Part shown: positions 36,743-46,136 of the stretch, piece after piece
Numbering within the stretch: position 1 is the stretch's first letter
Layout: each line of letters opens with the position of its first letter
Origin: a virus
Taxonomy: Duplodnaviria > Caudoviricetes
Strand: one strand, 5' to 3'
IMG/VR virus record: IMGVR_UViG_3300030433_001936
Location: 10,760 to 74,759 of that record
Length of the DNA stretch: 64,000 nt
Notes under the pieces: generated by a model
Databases searched by the model: none
Told to the model about the DNA's origin: nothing
Seen by the model: only the letters and a program-made list of their open reading frames with translations
Position numbers and translations under genes: made by a program

Positions 36743-37464
36743 TGGCGAAGAAAGTAGGCATATCAAAAGGGAAGAAGGCACACGAGAGCAACAGTTTTCT
36801 GGCACCGTGGAAGCCAAAGCGAGAACGACCAATCACGGTGAACCGTGCCAACGAGATTGAGCGGTTGCTGACAACGCATGGTGGGGACTTCACAGCGAAA
36901 GAAGTCTGCGACATGATTGATTGGTGCAACAAGGACAACATCCGAGCACCGATGAGGAAACTGATTACCGAAGGTCGTGCGAAGGTTGACATTGCGGGAA
37001 AGTTTTTGAGATTCTCCGCACCACCAAACACGGCTGGTACAAAGACCTGCAAAGGAAAGCGGAAGGATGGTCAGCGTTGTGGTTGGCAGATTGAAGAGGT
37101 CTCGGCACACGACTACTGCCAATGGCATCGCAGACAAGACCCGAACCACTTCAGCAACAATCGTGTTGACCGAAGCAAAACGCCACCAGCGATTCGGAAG
37201 GAGCAAAGACCAGGCATCATGCCTGAGTACGATGTTGTCGTTATTCCTGACGAAAACAAAACCGTCGCTGATGTTGATGAGCCGTGGACGATTCTTGTTC
37301 CGACTGACCGACACAATGAGTTGGTTATCAAGTTGCTGAAGCCCGACAAAGGCGATGATGACAACATGTATCGGGACTTGATTCTGTCTTTCCTTGAAGG
37401 TGAAGCCACGATTGCAGACCTACGGAAAGCGGTGAAGGATGTTCAAGAGGAGTTGAAAGAATGA
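36739..37464 (+). CDS. wHTH + C3H zinc-finger protein
   Basis: FTAKEVCDMI..; TCKGKRKDGQRC..YCQWH. Confidence 0.7.
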   Translation: MMAKKVGISKGKKAHESNSFLAPWKPKRERPITVNRANEIERLLTTHGGDFTAKEVCDMIDWCNKDNIRAPMRKLITEGRAKVDIAGKFLRFSAPPNTAGTKTCKGKRKDGQRCGWQIEEVSAHDYCQWHRRQDPNHFSNNRVDRSKTPPAIRKEQRPGIMPEYDVVVIPDENKTVADVDEPWTILVPTDRHNELVIKLLKPDKGDDDNMYRDLILSFLEGEATIADLRKAVKDVQEELKE

Positions 37465-38381
37465 GCGATGAAATGCCAAGCGAAGAATCAGATTTGAGAC
37501 AAACACTGAACGCACGAAGGACGCTGACCGAAGCGGTATTGGAAACATACCTTCGTCAGATTTTCAGAAACCGACGACAATACAGCATGTTCAAGAAAGA
37601 TGGTGGAGATGGTGGATGGGTCAGTCAAGCAGTTGACGATGTCGTTGCCAAACACAAACTCGGTGAAGAGATTGAAGGCGAAGCCTTTGGAGTGTCAAAG
37701 TGTTGGGATGCCATGAATCAAGTTCTGTGCGAAGTCGGTTTCTATTTCCGTGATGTATCACCCTTTGACACACTACACACCAAGCAGATATTCAACGCAT
37801 TGTTCAGCGGAATGAATCAAGACTTCGTTGCCCAAACCACGGCAGAGATGATAGCATCAGCGGTTCAAACAGCGTTTGATTGGAATGATGTGGAATACGA
37901 CCCATCGGATGAAAACATCCGTCAACTGGTCGTTGACATCTATGACATGCAGTTCGCAGCCCTTGAGAATCATGATGACATGAGGCAAGTTATCACAGCG
38001 GTGGAACAAATCATCCCCGAACAAATGCAAATGACTGTTGGTAGTGTGATTGAAATTATCTGCTCCTCGGTTCAGCGTGGTTTGCCCCATGTTGTCATCA
38101 AGTCTTGGGCAAAGGATACCATCCTGTCTTTGTGCGGTGAGTTTTCTGAAGGTGATGGCATCATTGGTCATGCTTACTACCGTGAATGGGTGTGGGACAT
38201 GTTTGCATCTCGCGCTGGTTGGGCTAAGACAATGGAATGGGAAACCCTCGCCAATCACGGTGTCTGCAATGCTACACTGTGGGACATTGTGGAAGACCAC
38301 ATGATGACATATTTCGCTGACCGAGTGAAGGCAATTGAATCCGAAGACACGACATACAAGTTCTCGGAGGACATGTCATGA
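37461..38381 (+). CDS. Hypothetical helical protein
   Basis: 306 aa coupled ORF. Confidence 0.75.
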   Translation: MSDEMPSEESDLRQTLNARRTLTEAVLETYLRQIFRNRRQYSMFKKDGGDGGWVSQAVDDVVAKHKLGEEIEGEAFGVSKCWDAMNQVLCEVGFYFRDVSPFDTLHTKQIFNALFSGMNQDFVAQTTAEMIASAVQTAFDWNDVEYDPSDENIRQLVVDIYDMQFAALENHDDMRQVITAVEQIIPEQMQMTVGSVIEIICSSVQRGLPHVVIKSWAKDTILSLCGEFSEGDGIIGHAYYREWVWDMFASRAGWAKTMEWETLANHGVCNATLWDIVEDHMMTYFADRVKAIESEDTTYKFSEDMS

Positions 38382-38719
38382 GTCGTGGAAAGAAACCAAC
38401 AGTCGTTCATATTGGTGGCAATGACCCCTTCGGTGAGAAGGGCAGTCCGTATCTGTGTGGGCAACCGTATGTCTTAATCGCTGACAAGTATCTGACGGAT
38501 GAATTCTATCGTACTCTTCCCACATGTGAAGAGTGCTTAGCGAAGTCCAACGGAAAGCAAAGGGCGGAATGGATTCCCGTCCCTACTGGTGGGTTGTTTG
38601 ATATTGCGAATTCAAATACCTCTCAATCACCACCAAAGGTGGATGATAAAGAAGAATCCGAGGTGGTGTCAACCAGCCTTGAATGGTGGGCAAACAAAGC
38701 AAAGGAAGTGAAACAATGA
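38378..38719 (+). CDS. Hypothetical protein
   Basis: LCG..TCEEC. Confidence 0.65.
   Translation: MSRGKKPTVVHIGGNDPFGEKGSPYLCGQPYVLIADKYLTDEFYRTLPTCEECLAKSNGKQRAEWIPVPTGGLFDIANSNTSQSPPKVDDKEESEVVSTSLEWWANKAKEVKQ
38612..38642 (+). promoter_or_regulatory. Degenerate early-promoter copy inside a CDS
   Basis: TCAAATACCTCTCAATCA-CCACC-AAA-GGTGG. Confidence 0.55.
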
Positions 38720-38973
38720 GAGTTGGTAGTTGCAAATGTAAAGGAAAGAAATGCGATGGTGGATTCGGTTGGAAGTGGCGAACCGCAGACCTCGGAAACC
38801 GTATCGCTGGACACAAAGCAGGGCGAACATGGGCTGAACCATGTCCCGAATGGGACGGCACACTTGATGTGTATGGTTTGCCTCCTGCCCCGCCAGGAAT
38901 AACGAACATGCGACCTTATCTGACACAGAAGTGGAAGGATAATGTTGACAATTATGTTGGAGGTGATGAATGA
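38716..38973 (+). CDS. Hypothetical Cys-containing protein
   Basis: CKCKGKKC..CP. Confidence 0.65.
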   Translation: MRVGSCKCKGKKCDGGFGWKWRTADLGNRIAGHKAGRTWAEPCPEWDGTLDVYGLPPAPPGITNMRPYLTQKWKDNVDNYVGGDE

Positions 38974-39413
38974 TGGGAACACGAAGTACTACATCGTTTT
39001 ACAAGCGAGACCATAAGCATGGGACACCACAGCATCTGCTGACATATTACCGTCAGTACGATGGATACCCAACATACTACGGAAGCCAATTGGCAGAATT
39101 CATTGACAACTGTGAGATTGTGAACGGCTTCACAACAGCGATGAAGGGTGGCACTCATGCCAACGGAGTTGGTTGTTTGGTCGCTCAAATTCTGATGTAT
39201 TGGAAAAACAATGACGGTCAGTATAACACTGGCTTGGGTGGATTGTATATCCAACCAGAATCCACGAAGAATGGCGAAGCATATCACTATGATGTCGTCT
39301 TTGATGAGAACAATGAATGTTCCATATTGGTCTTCCGATACGGTGAACCAGTTGGTTCATTTACTCCTGAAGAGTTAATCAACAACGCTGTTCACATTGA
39401 GGCAGGTGAATGA
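38970..39413 (+). CDS. Conserved phage early protein (MGTRS..YRQYDGYP family)
   Basis: MGTRS..YYRQYDGYPTYYG..NGVGCLVAQ. Confidence 0.75.
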   Translation: MMGTRSTTSFYKRDHKHGTPQHLLTYYRQYDGYPTYYGSQLAEFIDNCEIVNGFTTAMKGGTHANGVGCLVAQILMYWKNNDGQYNTGLGGLYIQPESTKNGEAYHYDVVFDENNECSILVFRYGEPVGSFTPEELINNAVHIEAGE

Positions 39414-39414
39414 A

Positions 39415-39621
39415 ATGATGAAGGTCAAATCCATCAAAGAAGCGGAGTGGTTGATTCTGAATTTCCTCATCACGGGGGAAGGTGGCAACCTATCCGATGT
39501 CCTTGACATCTATGACATTGATGACCCCGTTCAGTTGAAGCGATTCACAACGGCATCTGACAACATACGCACGGTGCTTGTCAACATGAGAAGCAAGCGT
39601 GATGAACCACAGGAGCGATGA
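39415..39621 (+). CDS. Small hypothetical protein
   Basis: Coupled ORF. Confidence 0.6.
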   Translation: MMKVKSIKEAEWLILNFLITGEGGNLSDVLDIYDIDDPVQLKRFTTASDNIRTVLVNMRSKRDEPQER

Positions 39622-39896
39622 GAATGGCGAAGGATTATTCAAACCAAGAGAACATCAACTACGCCAAGATTCCCGTGAAGGGAAGCGGTGCAGACAAATT
39701 CAGCATTCATGTTGACCGTATCCGATTCACAGATGATGATAGTCGCCATGAGGTTGACATCCGTGTGTGGTCTAACACTGGTCGCCCTTCGGGGAAGGGA
39801 TTGCGATTGACGCTTGACCAAGCAGAATGGTTGGCTACATCACTCCGTGTGCTAGTCAATGACCTCGGTGAGGAATTGTATGGCAAAGAAGAGTGA
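39618..39896 (+). CDS. PC4/YdbC-like ssDNA-binding transcription cofactor
   Basis: EVDIRVW..GRPSGKGLRLT pattern of the PC4 family. Confidence 0.7.
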   Translation: MRMAKDYSNQENINYAKIPVKGSGADKFSIHVDRIRFTDDDSRHEVDIRVWSNTGRPSGKGLRLTLDQAEWLATSLRVLVNDLGEELYGKEE

Positions 39897-40254
39897 ACTC
39901 ATTGCTTTTCGGAAGCAATTTGATACAGCATCTGACATGGTCAGTTGGTTGGCATCGGAAATCAACGATTGGTTTCAAGCACCACAACCCGTCATTGGGT
40001 TGGCATTGAAACTGTTCCACAAAGTCAACCTTGAACCCATCAATGTCATGGCGCACAAGTTGATTCTTGATTGCATCTATCTGACATTCAATGGGTTGGG
40101 ATACCGACTTACCATCCGTGAACTGGTGAAGAAGTCCGATGACATCATTGGTATCAAGGTCAGACCCGAGCCACACAAGTGGGCTAGACCATACATGGAT
40201 GTGATTTGCGACACGCTCAACTGTCTTCCATCTGACTTGCCAATGCGAACATAA
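39880..40254 (+). CDS. Hypothetical protein
   Basis: Coupled ORF. Confidence 0.65.
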   Translation: MAKKSELIAFRKQFDTASDMVSWLASEINDWFQAPQPVIGLALKLFHKVNLEPINVMAHKLILDCIYLTFNGLGYRLTIRELVKKSDDIIGIKVRPEPHKWARPYMDVICDTLNCLPSDLPMRT

Positions 40255-40286
40255 TGACCATAAAGCAGATATGCGTAGGGTTCACT

Positions 40287-41015
40287 ATGTCAGTGGCGTT
40301 TGACAAGGCGTGGGCGGTATTGAAAGCCGACCCAGCGCAGTCCGTATTCATCGCCCAAAGGGACGACCCCATAGAATATCAAACTGAACGCTATGGTGAA
40401 CCAAGAACGGTTGATGATGATTGGCATAAGCGATTGGGGACATTGCACCCTGCACTTCAATGGCATCGTGATAAGATGTTCAGTCCCAATCGGGCTATCC
40501 GCCATGCGAATTTGCGAGTGTCCCCCGAACTAGACCACGACCCCGAAAATCGCATCATTCAAAACATCAAGGATGGTGCTAAAACAGGTAAAGAATTGTT
40601 TGAAGGGTTGACTTTGGAACAGATTCACGGAATCATGGATGTGCAACATGACCGTAGCAGAGGGGGCAGAATTCTTGATGTTCCAACAATGAGGTCTCCT
40701 GACCTTGACAGATGGAATGAGTTTGAGGCACGACCTGAATCAATGCAATGGCTACGAAACAAATTCGGTAGCGCACGAACTGATGGAAAAGAACCCCGTG
40801 ATGATATTGGACGAGGGAAGGCATACATGGGCTTCGGTGGAGGAATGGATGATGCATCCCGATATGAAGACCAGAAGTGGCAATGGGATGGGCATGACAA
40901 TTACTTCACCCGCAATTTTGACCCATACAACAAACCTGTAGGTCCAGCACTTACCGCACAAGAAATGGAAGACCTCCGAAGACAAGGAGGACAATTCTTA
41001 TCAGAGTTCTCTTGA
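40287..41015 (+). CDS. Hypothetical protein with an N-terminal AWxxLK tag
   Basis: MSVAFDKAWAVLKAD. Confidence 0.75.
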   Translation: MSVAFDKAWAVLKADPAQSVFIAQRDDPIEYQTERYGEPRTVDDDWHKRLGTLHPALQWHRDKMFSPNRAIRHANLRVSPELDHDPENRIIQNIKDGAKTGKELFEGLTLEQIHGIMDVQHDRSRGGRILDVPTMRSPDLDRWNEFEARPESMQWLRNKFGSARTDGKEPRDDIGRGKAYMGFGGGMDDASRYEDQKWQWDGHDNYFTRNFDPYNKPVGPALTAQEMEDLRRQGGQFLSEFS

Positions 41016-41033
41016 TGGCGACATTGAGGGAGA

Positions 41034-42413
41034 ATGGAACTATGGCGAGTAGCCCATTTAGCGGAGCATCTTCGGAGTGATGCACCCACGGGCGAGAAAT
41101 ATCTGGTGATTCAATCATTCGTTGAATTGCATGACGATTGGATGGAAGCCATCGTCCTGCTGTATCACGACAGTCCGAGTATCAGCGCGGGGTGGTTCAC
41201 ATCCCGTGCGCCCAAGCACTTCGGTATTCATCCCGAAGAGTGGCTAGAACTCACACGGGAGTCCCCCATAGTCCCCCTTATCGCATCTGAATCGGATGCA
41301 TACGATAGCGAGTGGACTGTTGATGATACATTCCTGTTCTTGTCGTCATTGCCACAGCGAAGGATTGGCGACATCATATCCGACCTATCAAAGAGTGAAG
41401 CCCATTTGTTTTGGCAAGTGGCGTTGAACGATTCACCATGTTTCAGCAAAAGGCACATGATTCGTGCTTTTGCACAGTTCACGGACTACACCGTTGAAGA
41501 ATTGAAAAGAGCCGTTGCTTTTACCCCATTTTTGGAAGTGCTTGAGCGGTCAGTCCGTGGAGATTTGGTCATATCGGTCAAAATGGAAGCAGGGAAGCAT
41601 TTGACCCCACCAGCACTATACAGGGTATGGAACAAGGTCGGATTGCCATTTAGAACAACGGTTGCGGTCTTAATTCCATCACCCCGACTGTATTTGCACT
41701 ACACAGGGACTGATGCTATCGTGTACACCCGTACAGGTGAACTAGTTCAATCGTGGGACTCAACCCACGAAAAAGCGATTTTTGAAATTGAGTGTTCGGA
41801 TGATTATGACCCTGCCACCATCATGTACGCAGATGTGCTTCTTTTGGGCGAAAAGGAGTGGTGGAAGGAAAAATTCAGTTTGCGTCATGCGTTTTTGTCC
41901 GAGCATTATAAGCAAAGGGTAGTCGGAGGCGGGCGGAAAATTGACACTGTGGCAGAATTTAGAATGCTTTTGACCGAAACAGACCCCACGCACACAGTCA
42001 GACTCATAGATGATGTAGCATACTACGATGATGATTTCAACGGTGGCTATATTCTGCACCAACAGTCATACCGATTGCCGTTGTTGCTGACCCACATTTG
42101 CGAAACACCCATTGGAATAAGGGTGAGGCTAGGTGCATTGGATGGATACTCCGTAGTGTATGTAGGTGAAATGACATGTGGAGATGATATTGGTCAGCAT
42201 CTGCGTCAGATACTGGGTCATCGGATAACATCAAAGTGGACTCCCATAGATGATGTCGGTTGCATTTCACGGGTCGTTGCATCGGACATTGTATCAAACA
42301 ATGGGCATTATCATTTGGCATCTCCAAACATCATCTCCATTGACACAAAAATGGGCTTCGGTGATGCGATTCAACTAAGCGATATATTCTCATTTATGAT
42401 GAAGGAGTATTGA
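41034..42413 (+). CDS. ATP-dependent DNA ligase-like protein, catalytic motif I apparently lost
   Basis: Ligase DBD/adenylation/OB spacing (RLYLH..IVYTRTG, IFEIE, YADVLLLG, LGALDG..VYVG) without KxDG. Confidence 0.55.
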   Translation: MELWRVAHLAEHLRSDAPTGEKYLVIQSFVELHDDWMEAIVLLYHDSPSISAGWFTSRAPKHFGIHPEEWLELTRESPIVPLIASESDAYDSEWTVDDTFLFLSSLPQRRIGDIISDLSKSEAHLFWQVALNDSPCFSKRHMIRAFAQFTDYTVEELKRAVAFTPFLEVLERSVRGDLVISVKMEAGKHLTPPALYRVWNKVGLPFRTTVAVLIPSPRLYLHYTGTDAIVYTRTGELVQSWDSTHEKAIFEIECSDDYDPATIMYADVLLLGEKEWWKEKFSLRHAFLSEHYKQRVVGGGRKIDTVAEFRMLLTETDPTHTVRLIDDVAYYDDDFNGGYILHQQSYRLPLLLTHICETPIGIRVRLGALDGYSVVYVGEMTCGDDIGQHLRQILGHRITSKWTPIDDVGCISRVVASDIVSNNGHYHLASPNIISIDTKMGFGDAIQLSDIFSFMMKEY

Positions 42414-42464
42414 TATTATTCTGTATTGTATAAGATAAGAATGAGATGTAATGCACAATAATAC
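42407..42464. repeat. AT-rich nested palindrome, copy C
   Basis: GTATTGATATTATTCTGTATTGTATAAG..ACAATAATAC. Confidence 0.75.
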
Positions 42465-42476
42465 GGGTGATACACA

Positions 42477-42848
42477 ATGCACAACATGGATGATGTCATG
42501 GTCGGATGGTTGGCGAGGGAGTGTCGTTTCTATCTCGGTGTCAATCTGTGTGAGCGTAGCCCCATTGGGTATGCGGTAAAACGACGGTGCGTTATCGCAA
42601 AGGATGATAGTGCATTGTTGCAATCGTGGTTGTCGGAACGGCATGGCATCAACGCACGGTCAATCCAAGACACCGATACGATACGCAAAGTGATTGAGAT
42701 TCTCAAGCCATACGAAGCCATCGTCAAGGACAAGCGCGGTATGGAGAACATGGAAAGAGCGCTGAATGAGTTCCCAAGACGGTGGAAACATGACGATGTG
42801 CTACGGTTTGTGGCATTTCTTGATGGTGAATCACCTTCGTTTCATTAA
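42477..42848 (+). CDS. Degenerate single-domain LAGLIDADG-like protein
   Basis: Helix-beta pattern; IEILKPYEAIVK resembles LAGLIDADG C-terminal helix; catalytic acidic residue not evident. Confidence 0.4.
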   Translation: MHNMDDVMVGWLARECRFYLGVNLCERSPIGYAVKRRCVIAKDDSALLQSWLSERHGINARSIQDTDTIRKVIEILKPYEAIVKDKRGMENMERALNEFPRRWKHDDVLRFVAFLDGESPSFH

Positions 42849-42877
42849 ATACCCCTCAATTACCACCGTGTTCGGTG
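42845..42877 (+). promoter_or_regulatory. Conserved promoter upstream of the replication operon
   Basis: TTAAATACCCCTCAATTAC-CACCG-TGTT-CGGTG. Confidence 0.8.
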
Positions 42878-42884
42878 AAGCGAT

Positions 42885-43844
42885 TTGGAACATTGGCGTG
42901 AACGATACCGACCAAAGGTTGTGGAACATCTTGTGGGATGTCCCGACTTTGCATCGGACTGTGAAGAGTGGCGGGATAGAAACGAATACCCATCGGCAGT
43001 TCTCTTTGTCGGACCTCCTGGCACGGGGAAGACAACGGCTTCCCTTATCATGGCACGACAGATGTTGGGCGAACATTTCAATTCAATGAATTACATTCAG
43101 TACAATGCTTCGGATGACCGTGGCATCAATCTCATCCGCAATGAAGTCAAGCGGGCTGCTCAACAAGGTGGTGTCGGAACGACACGAAAGGCGTTGTTCT
43201 TTGACGAAGCGGATGGTCTGACCAAACAAGCCCAAGAAGCAATGCGAAACACGATGGAAAAATATGCCAAGTACGCGCTGTTCATTCTTACCGCCAACGA
43301 TGAGTCGGCAATCATTCCTGCATTGCTATCACGGTGTATGGTGTATCGGTTCGGTCCTGCACGGGACGCAGATGCTGTCAAGTTGTATCGTCGTATCGCT
43401 GAAGCCGAGTGCCTTCCCGATGAATGGGATGATGAATTTGAATATCTGAATCAAGTGTGCGGTGGCGACTTGCGAAGTGGGATTGACATCCTTCAATCGC
43501 TACCCCGTACTGCCGATGCTTTGACCGAAAGGTTGAGCGTTGAACAAGCAAATTATTCTGACCCCGCCATGTCCGTAGCGGCTGGCGATTGGACGAACCT
43601 CGCAACGGAGTTGCGAAAGATTGCACAGACAGGTGTGCAAAGGTTGTACGCAATGAAGCAATTGCGGAACAACATTTACTCGCTCGGTCTATCAGCCGAG
43701 CAATACTATTCCTTCATTGTGGTGTGGGGTGAGTTCGTTGAACGAGTTCATACCTGGCCTGCTGGCGATGATGCGTACTACGATTACTTCATTGCCACAT
43801 TGATGGATAAAGAAAAAAGAAAAGGAAGTGAAACAAGTGTTTGA
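42885..43844 (+). CDS. rfcS: Replication factor C small subunit (clamp loader)
   Basis: WRERYRP, GPPGTGKT, NASDDRGI, DEADGLT, ALLSRC, GGDLR. Confidence 0.92.
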   Translation: MEHWRERYRPKVVEHLVGCPDFASDCEEWRDRNEYPSAVLFVGPPGTGKTTASLIMARQMLGEHFNSMNYIQYNASDDRGINLIRNEVKRAAQQGGVGTTRKALFFDEADGLTKQAQEAMRNTMEKYAKYALFILTANDESAIIPALLSRCMVYRFGPARDADAVKLYRRIAEAECLPDEWDDEFEYLNQVCGGDLRSGIDILQSLPRTADALTERLSVEQANYSDPAMSVAAGDWTNLATELRKIAQTGVQRLYAMKQLRNNIYSLGLSAEQYYSFIVVWGEFVERVHTWPAGDDAYYDYFIATLMDKEKRKGSETSV

Positions 43845-45144
43845 TGTACCAGGAAAAAGAGACGAAGATGAGAATTTGCCAAACTCCGTGCTTGAAAGAC
43901 TTCAAGCGTGGGCGGAAGCGCAGGGCTTGAGCATTGACGATGCCGTTGAGAAATTCAACGAGTATCTGTCCGACAAGTTTGCGGTTGACGATTGGCGTGA
44001 AGAAGACGAAGACTTCTTGCTTGAAGCAAGTGAAGGCATGGTCGTTCAGCGACGAAGCGGTGGCGGTGGTCTGAAGACCACCAATTTCGTGGGGATGTTC
44101 GTTGGCGTTGATGCCCGTTCAAGGGACAAGCGAGAAAGGACACGCAACGAAGTGGTGAAGGCGTACTGTGAGAACCCACAGAAGGCAATCAACGCAGGTC
44201 TGTGTGCCGAGGTCGTGCAACAAGACGGTGTGTGGGCTTTGAAGAAAGCCGATGGCATCCACCCAACTGAAGAACCCGTTGAGAAGAAGGCGTGGTTCAC
44301 AGTTGACACCAACGAAGGACCTATCGCATTGTTGCAAACAGGAAATTGGTCAAGCAAGGGCAACCCGATTTACCCCGAGTTGCACTCCCGCTTCTATTAT
44401 TTCCTCGGCAATACCGAAGGCGACTTTGGCAATGACATCAAGTTGTGGCGATTGGATTCACCACACCCCGATGCCTATGTGGATTTGTACAAGCCGTGCC
44501 GTGTGAAGGTCGTTCCGAATGACCCCAACCGTGAAGTCAATCCTGACTTCGCTGACATCCTTCGGTTGCCGAAGGGTTGGCACAAAGAAGTGGCACACAC
44601 CGTTGACTTCGTGGAAGAAGAGTTGCAACCGCAACTCGCACCCGAAAAATTCTGCGTGAATCCTGCCATCCACCAATACCATGTGTCGCTGACCGACACC
44701 CTTGAGCATTTCCACGCCAACCAAAAGGTGGTTGCAGGTCTGAACCCAATCGGACCTCTTGTGATTCTCAAAGGCAAAGTCACCAGCCTCTTCAAGGAAG
44801 GATGGGACAACGACTACGATGAAACGGGGAAGGTGTACAACCTTCGCTTCACATCATGGGACTTGCAGAAGGAATACCCAAGCGGTATGCGTTCCGAGAT
44901 GCAAGCAATCATCGGTGGCAACGCTGCTGATAACTTCCATGCTTTTGATTTCAAGGATGATGACGGACAATGGAAGCCATATGCCGAGCGCTCAACCGTG
45001 CTTGTCTTTGGTCGTCTGAAGGTTCGCCAAACCGAGAACGATGGGGAAGTCCCCCAGATTACCGCCTTCGGTGTGTTCGCAGTGCCACGCTTCGTGGTGC
45101 CAGCGGCTGAAGGTGGCAATCCAAACGCTGACCAATTTAATTGA
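43828..45144 (+). CDS. RPA-like OB-fold ssDNA-binding protein
   Basis: Position in replisome cluster; OB-fold beta pattern (ILKGKVTSL..VLVFGRL..ITAFGV). Confidence 0.55.
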   Translation: MKQVFDVPGKRDEDENLPNSVLERLQAWAEAQGLSIDDAVEKFNEYLSDKFAVDDWREEDEDFLLEASEGMVVQRRSGGGGLKTTNFVGMFVGVDARSRDKRERTRNEVVKAYCENPQKAINAGLCAEVVQQDGVWALKKADGIHPTEEPVEKKAWFTVDTNEGPIALLQTGNWSSKGNPIYPELHSRFYYFLGNTEGDFGNDIKLWRLDSPHPDAYVDLYKPCRVKVVPNDPNREVNPDFADILRLPKGWHKEVAHTVDFVEEELQPQLAPEKFCVNPAIHQYHVSLTDTLEHFHANQKVVAGLNPIGPLVILKGKVTSLFKEGWDNDYDETGKVYNLRFTSWDLQKEYPSGMRSEMQAIIGGNAADNFHAFDFKDDDGQWKPYAERSTVLVFGRLKVRQTENDGEVPQITAFGVFAVPRFVVPAAEGGNPNADQFN

Positions 45145-45155
45145 GGTGAAAAACA

Positions 45156-46136
45156 ATGAGTGGATTTAACGCTGTGAAGAAAGAAGAGAACCAGATTGAT
45201 GAGAAGGATGAACCCGATGTCAACATCCCCGATGTTGCACCGACATCACTCTTCTCATCAATAGAAGCAGAAGTGGATGCGGCTGGCAGTGCTGACATGG
45301 GAAGCCATGTATTCTGTGGCATCATCGGCTTTGAAGGAACAGGAAAATCGGGTATCGTCATGGATAGTCTGACGGATGAACAAATCGCCAACGGTGATTA
45401 CATCCTAGCGGTTGACTTTGACGGTGGTGCTGCTGCATGCAAGTCAGCATATCACCGTGGCATCGCACAGAACATCCGTTGTCTGTCCCCGTATGTCATG
45501 TCAACTGAAGACCGAACAACCTACGACTACCCAGCGACCCATGCTCGTGTCATGGAGATTGGTCGCTATGCCGTGAACCAAGCGGTGAAGCAAAACAAAC
45601 CCGATTACACAGGACCTCGGCTCGCCAAGTTCCTGGTGACTGCGGTTGACCAATGGGACAATGTATGCGTGGTCAACATGAAGGTCATTGAACTGGGTTC
45701 AAAGACGGGTGCGAAGGACGGCATTGATGCATCTGACCCGAACAAGTTGGTGGGCAACCAATGGAATTGGAGTATCCGTTCCACACGATTCCATCAACTC
45801 ACCGCCATCTGTCGTGAACTCATGCGCTTCGGTGTTGAAGTGTATTGGGAAACTCACTTGAAACCTGAAGTGTTCCGCAATGAACAGACGGGCAATTGGA
45901 AGGCTGATTGGGAGAAGAATACCGACAACAATCTGAACCAAATTCTTTGGTGTCGTCGTGAATCAGTTCTTGATGATGACGGGAAGAAGACGGGGAAGAC
46001 CGAGTACACGGTTGAGTTTTACAAACAGAAGACCAACATCTCATTGCAGGGGAAGAAGCGCACAGTCGCCATCACCCGTGAAAACGGTGAACCCGAATGG
46101 TATGGTCTTGCCGAGTTGAAGGAGGGATTACTATGA
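45156..46136 (+). CDS. RecA-superfamily ATPase (AAA_24/Sak4/RadB-like)
   Basis: GFEGTGKS Walker A, AVDFDGG, VTAVDQ. Confidence 0.65.
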   Translation: MSGFNAVKKEENQIDEKDEPDVNIPDVAPTSLFSSIEAEVDAAGSADMGSHVFCGIIGFEGTGKSGIVMDSLTDEQIANGDYILAVDFDGGAAACKSAYHRGIAQNIRCLSPYVMSTEDRTTYDYPATHARVMEIGRYAVNQAVKQNKPDYTGPRLAKFLVTAVDQWDNVCVVNMKVIELGSKTGAKDGIDASDPNKLVGNQWNWSIRSTRFHQLTAICRELMRFGVEVYWETHLKPEVFRNEQTGNWKADWEKNTDNNLNQILWCRRESVLDDDGKKTGKTEYTVEFYKQKTNISLQGKKRTVAITRENGEPEWYGLAELKEGLL

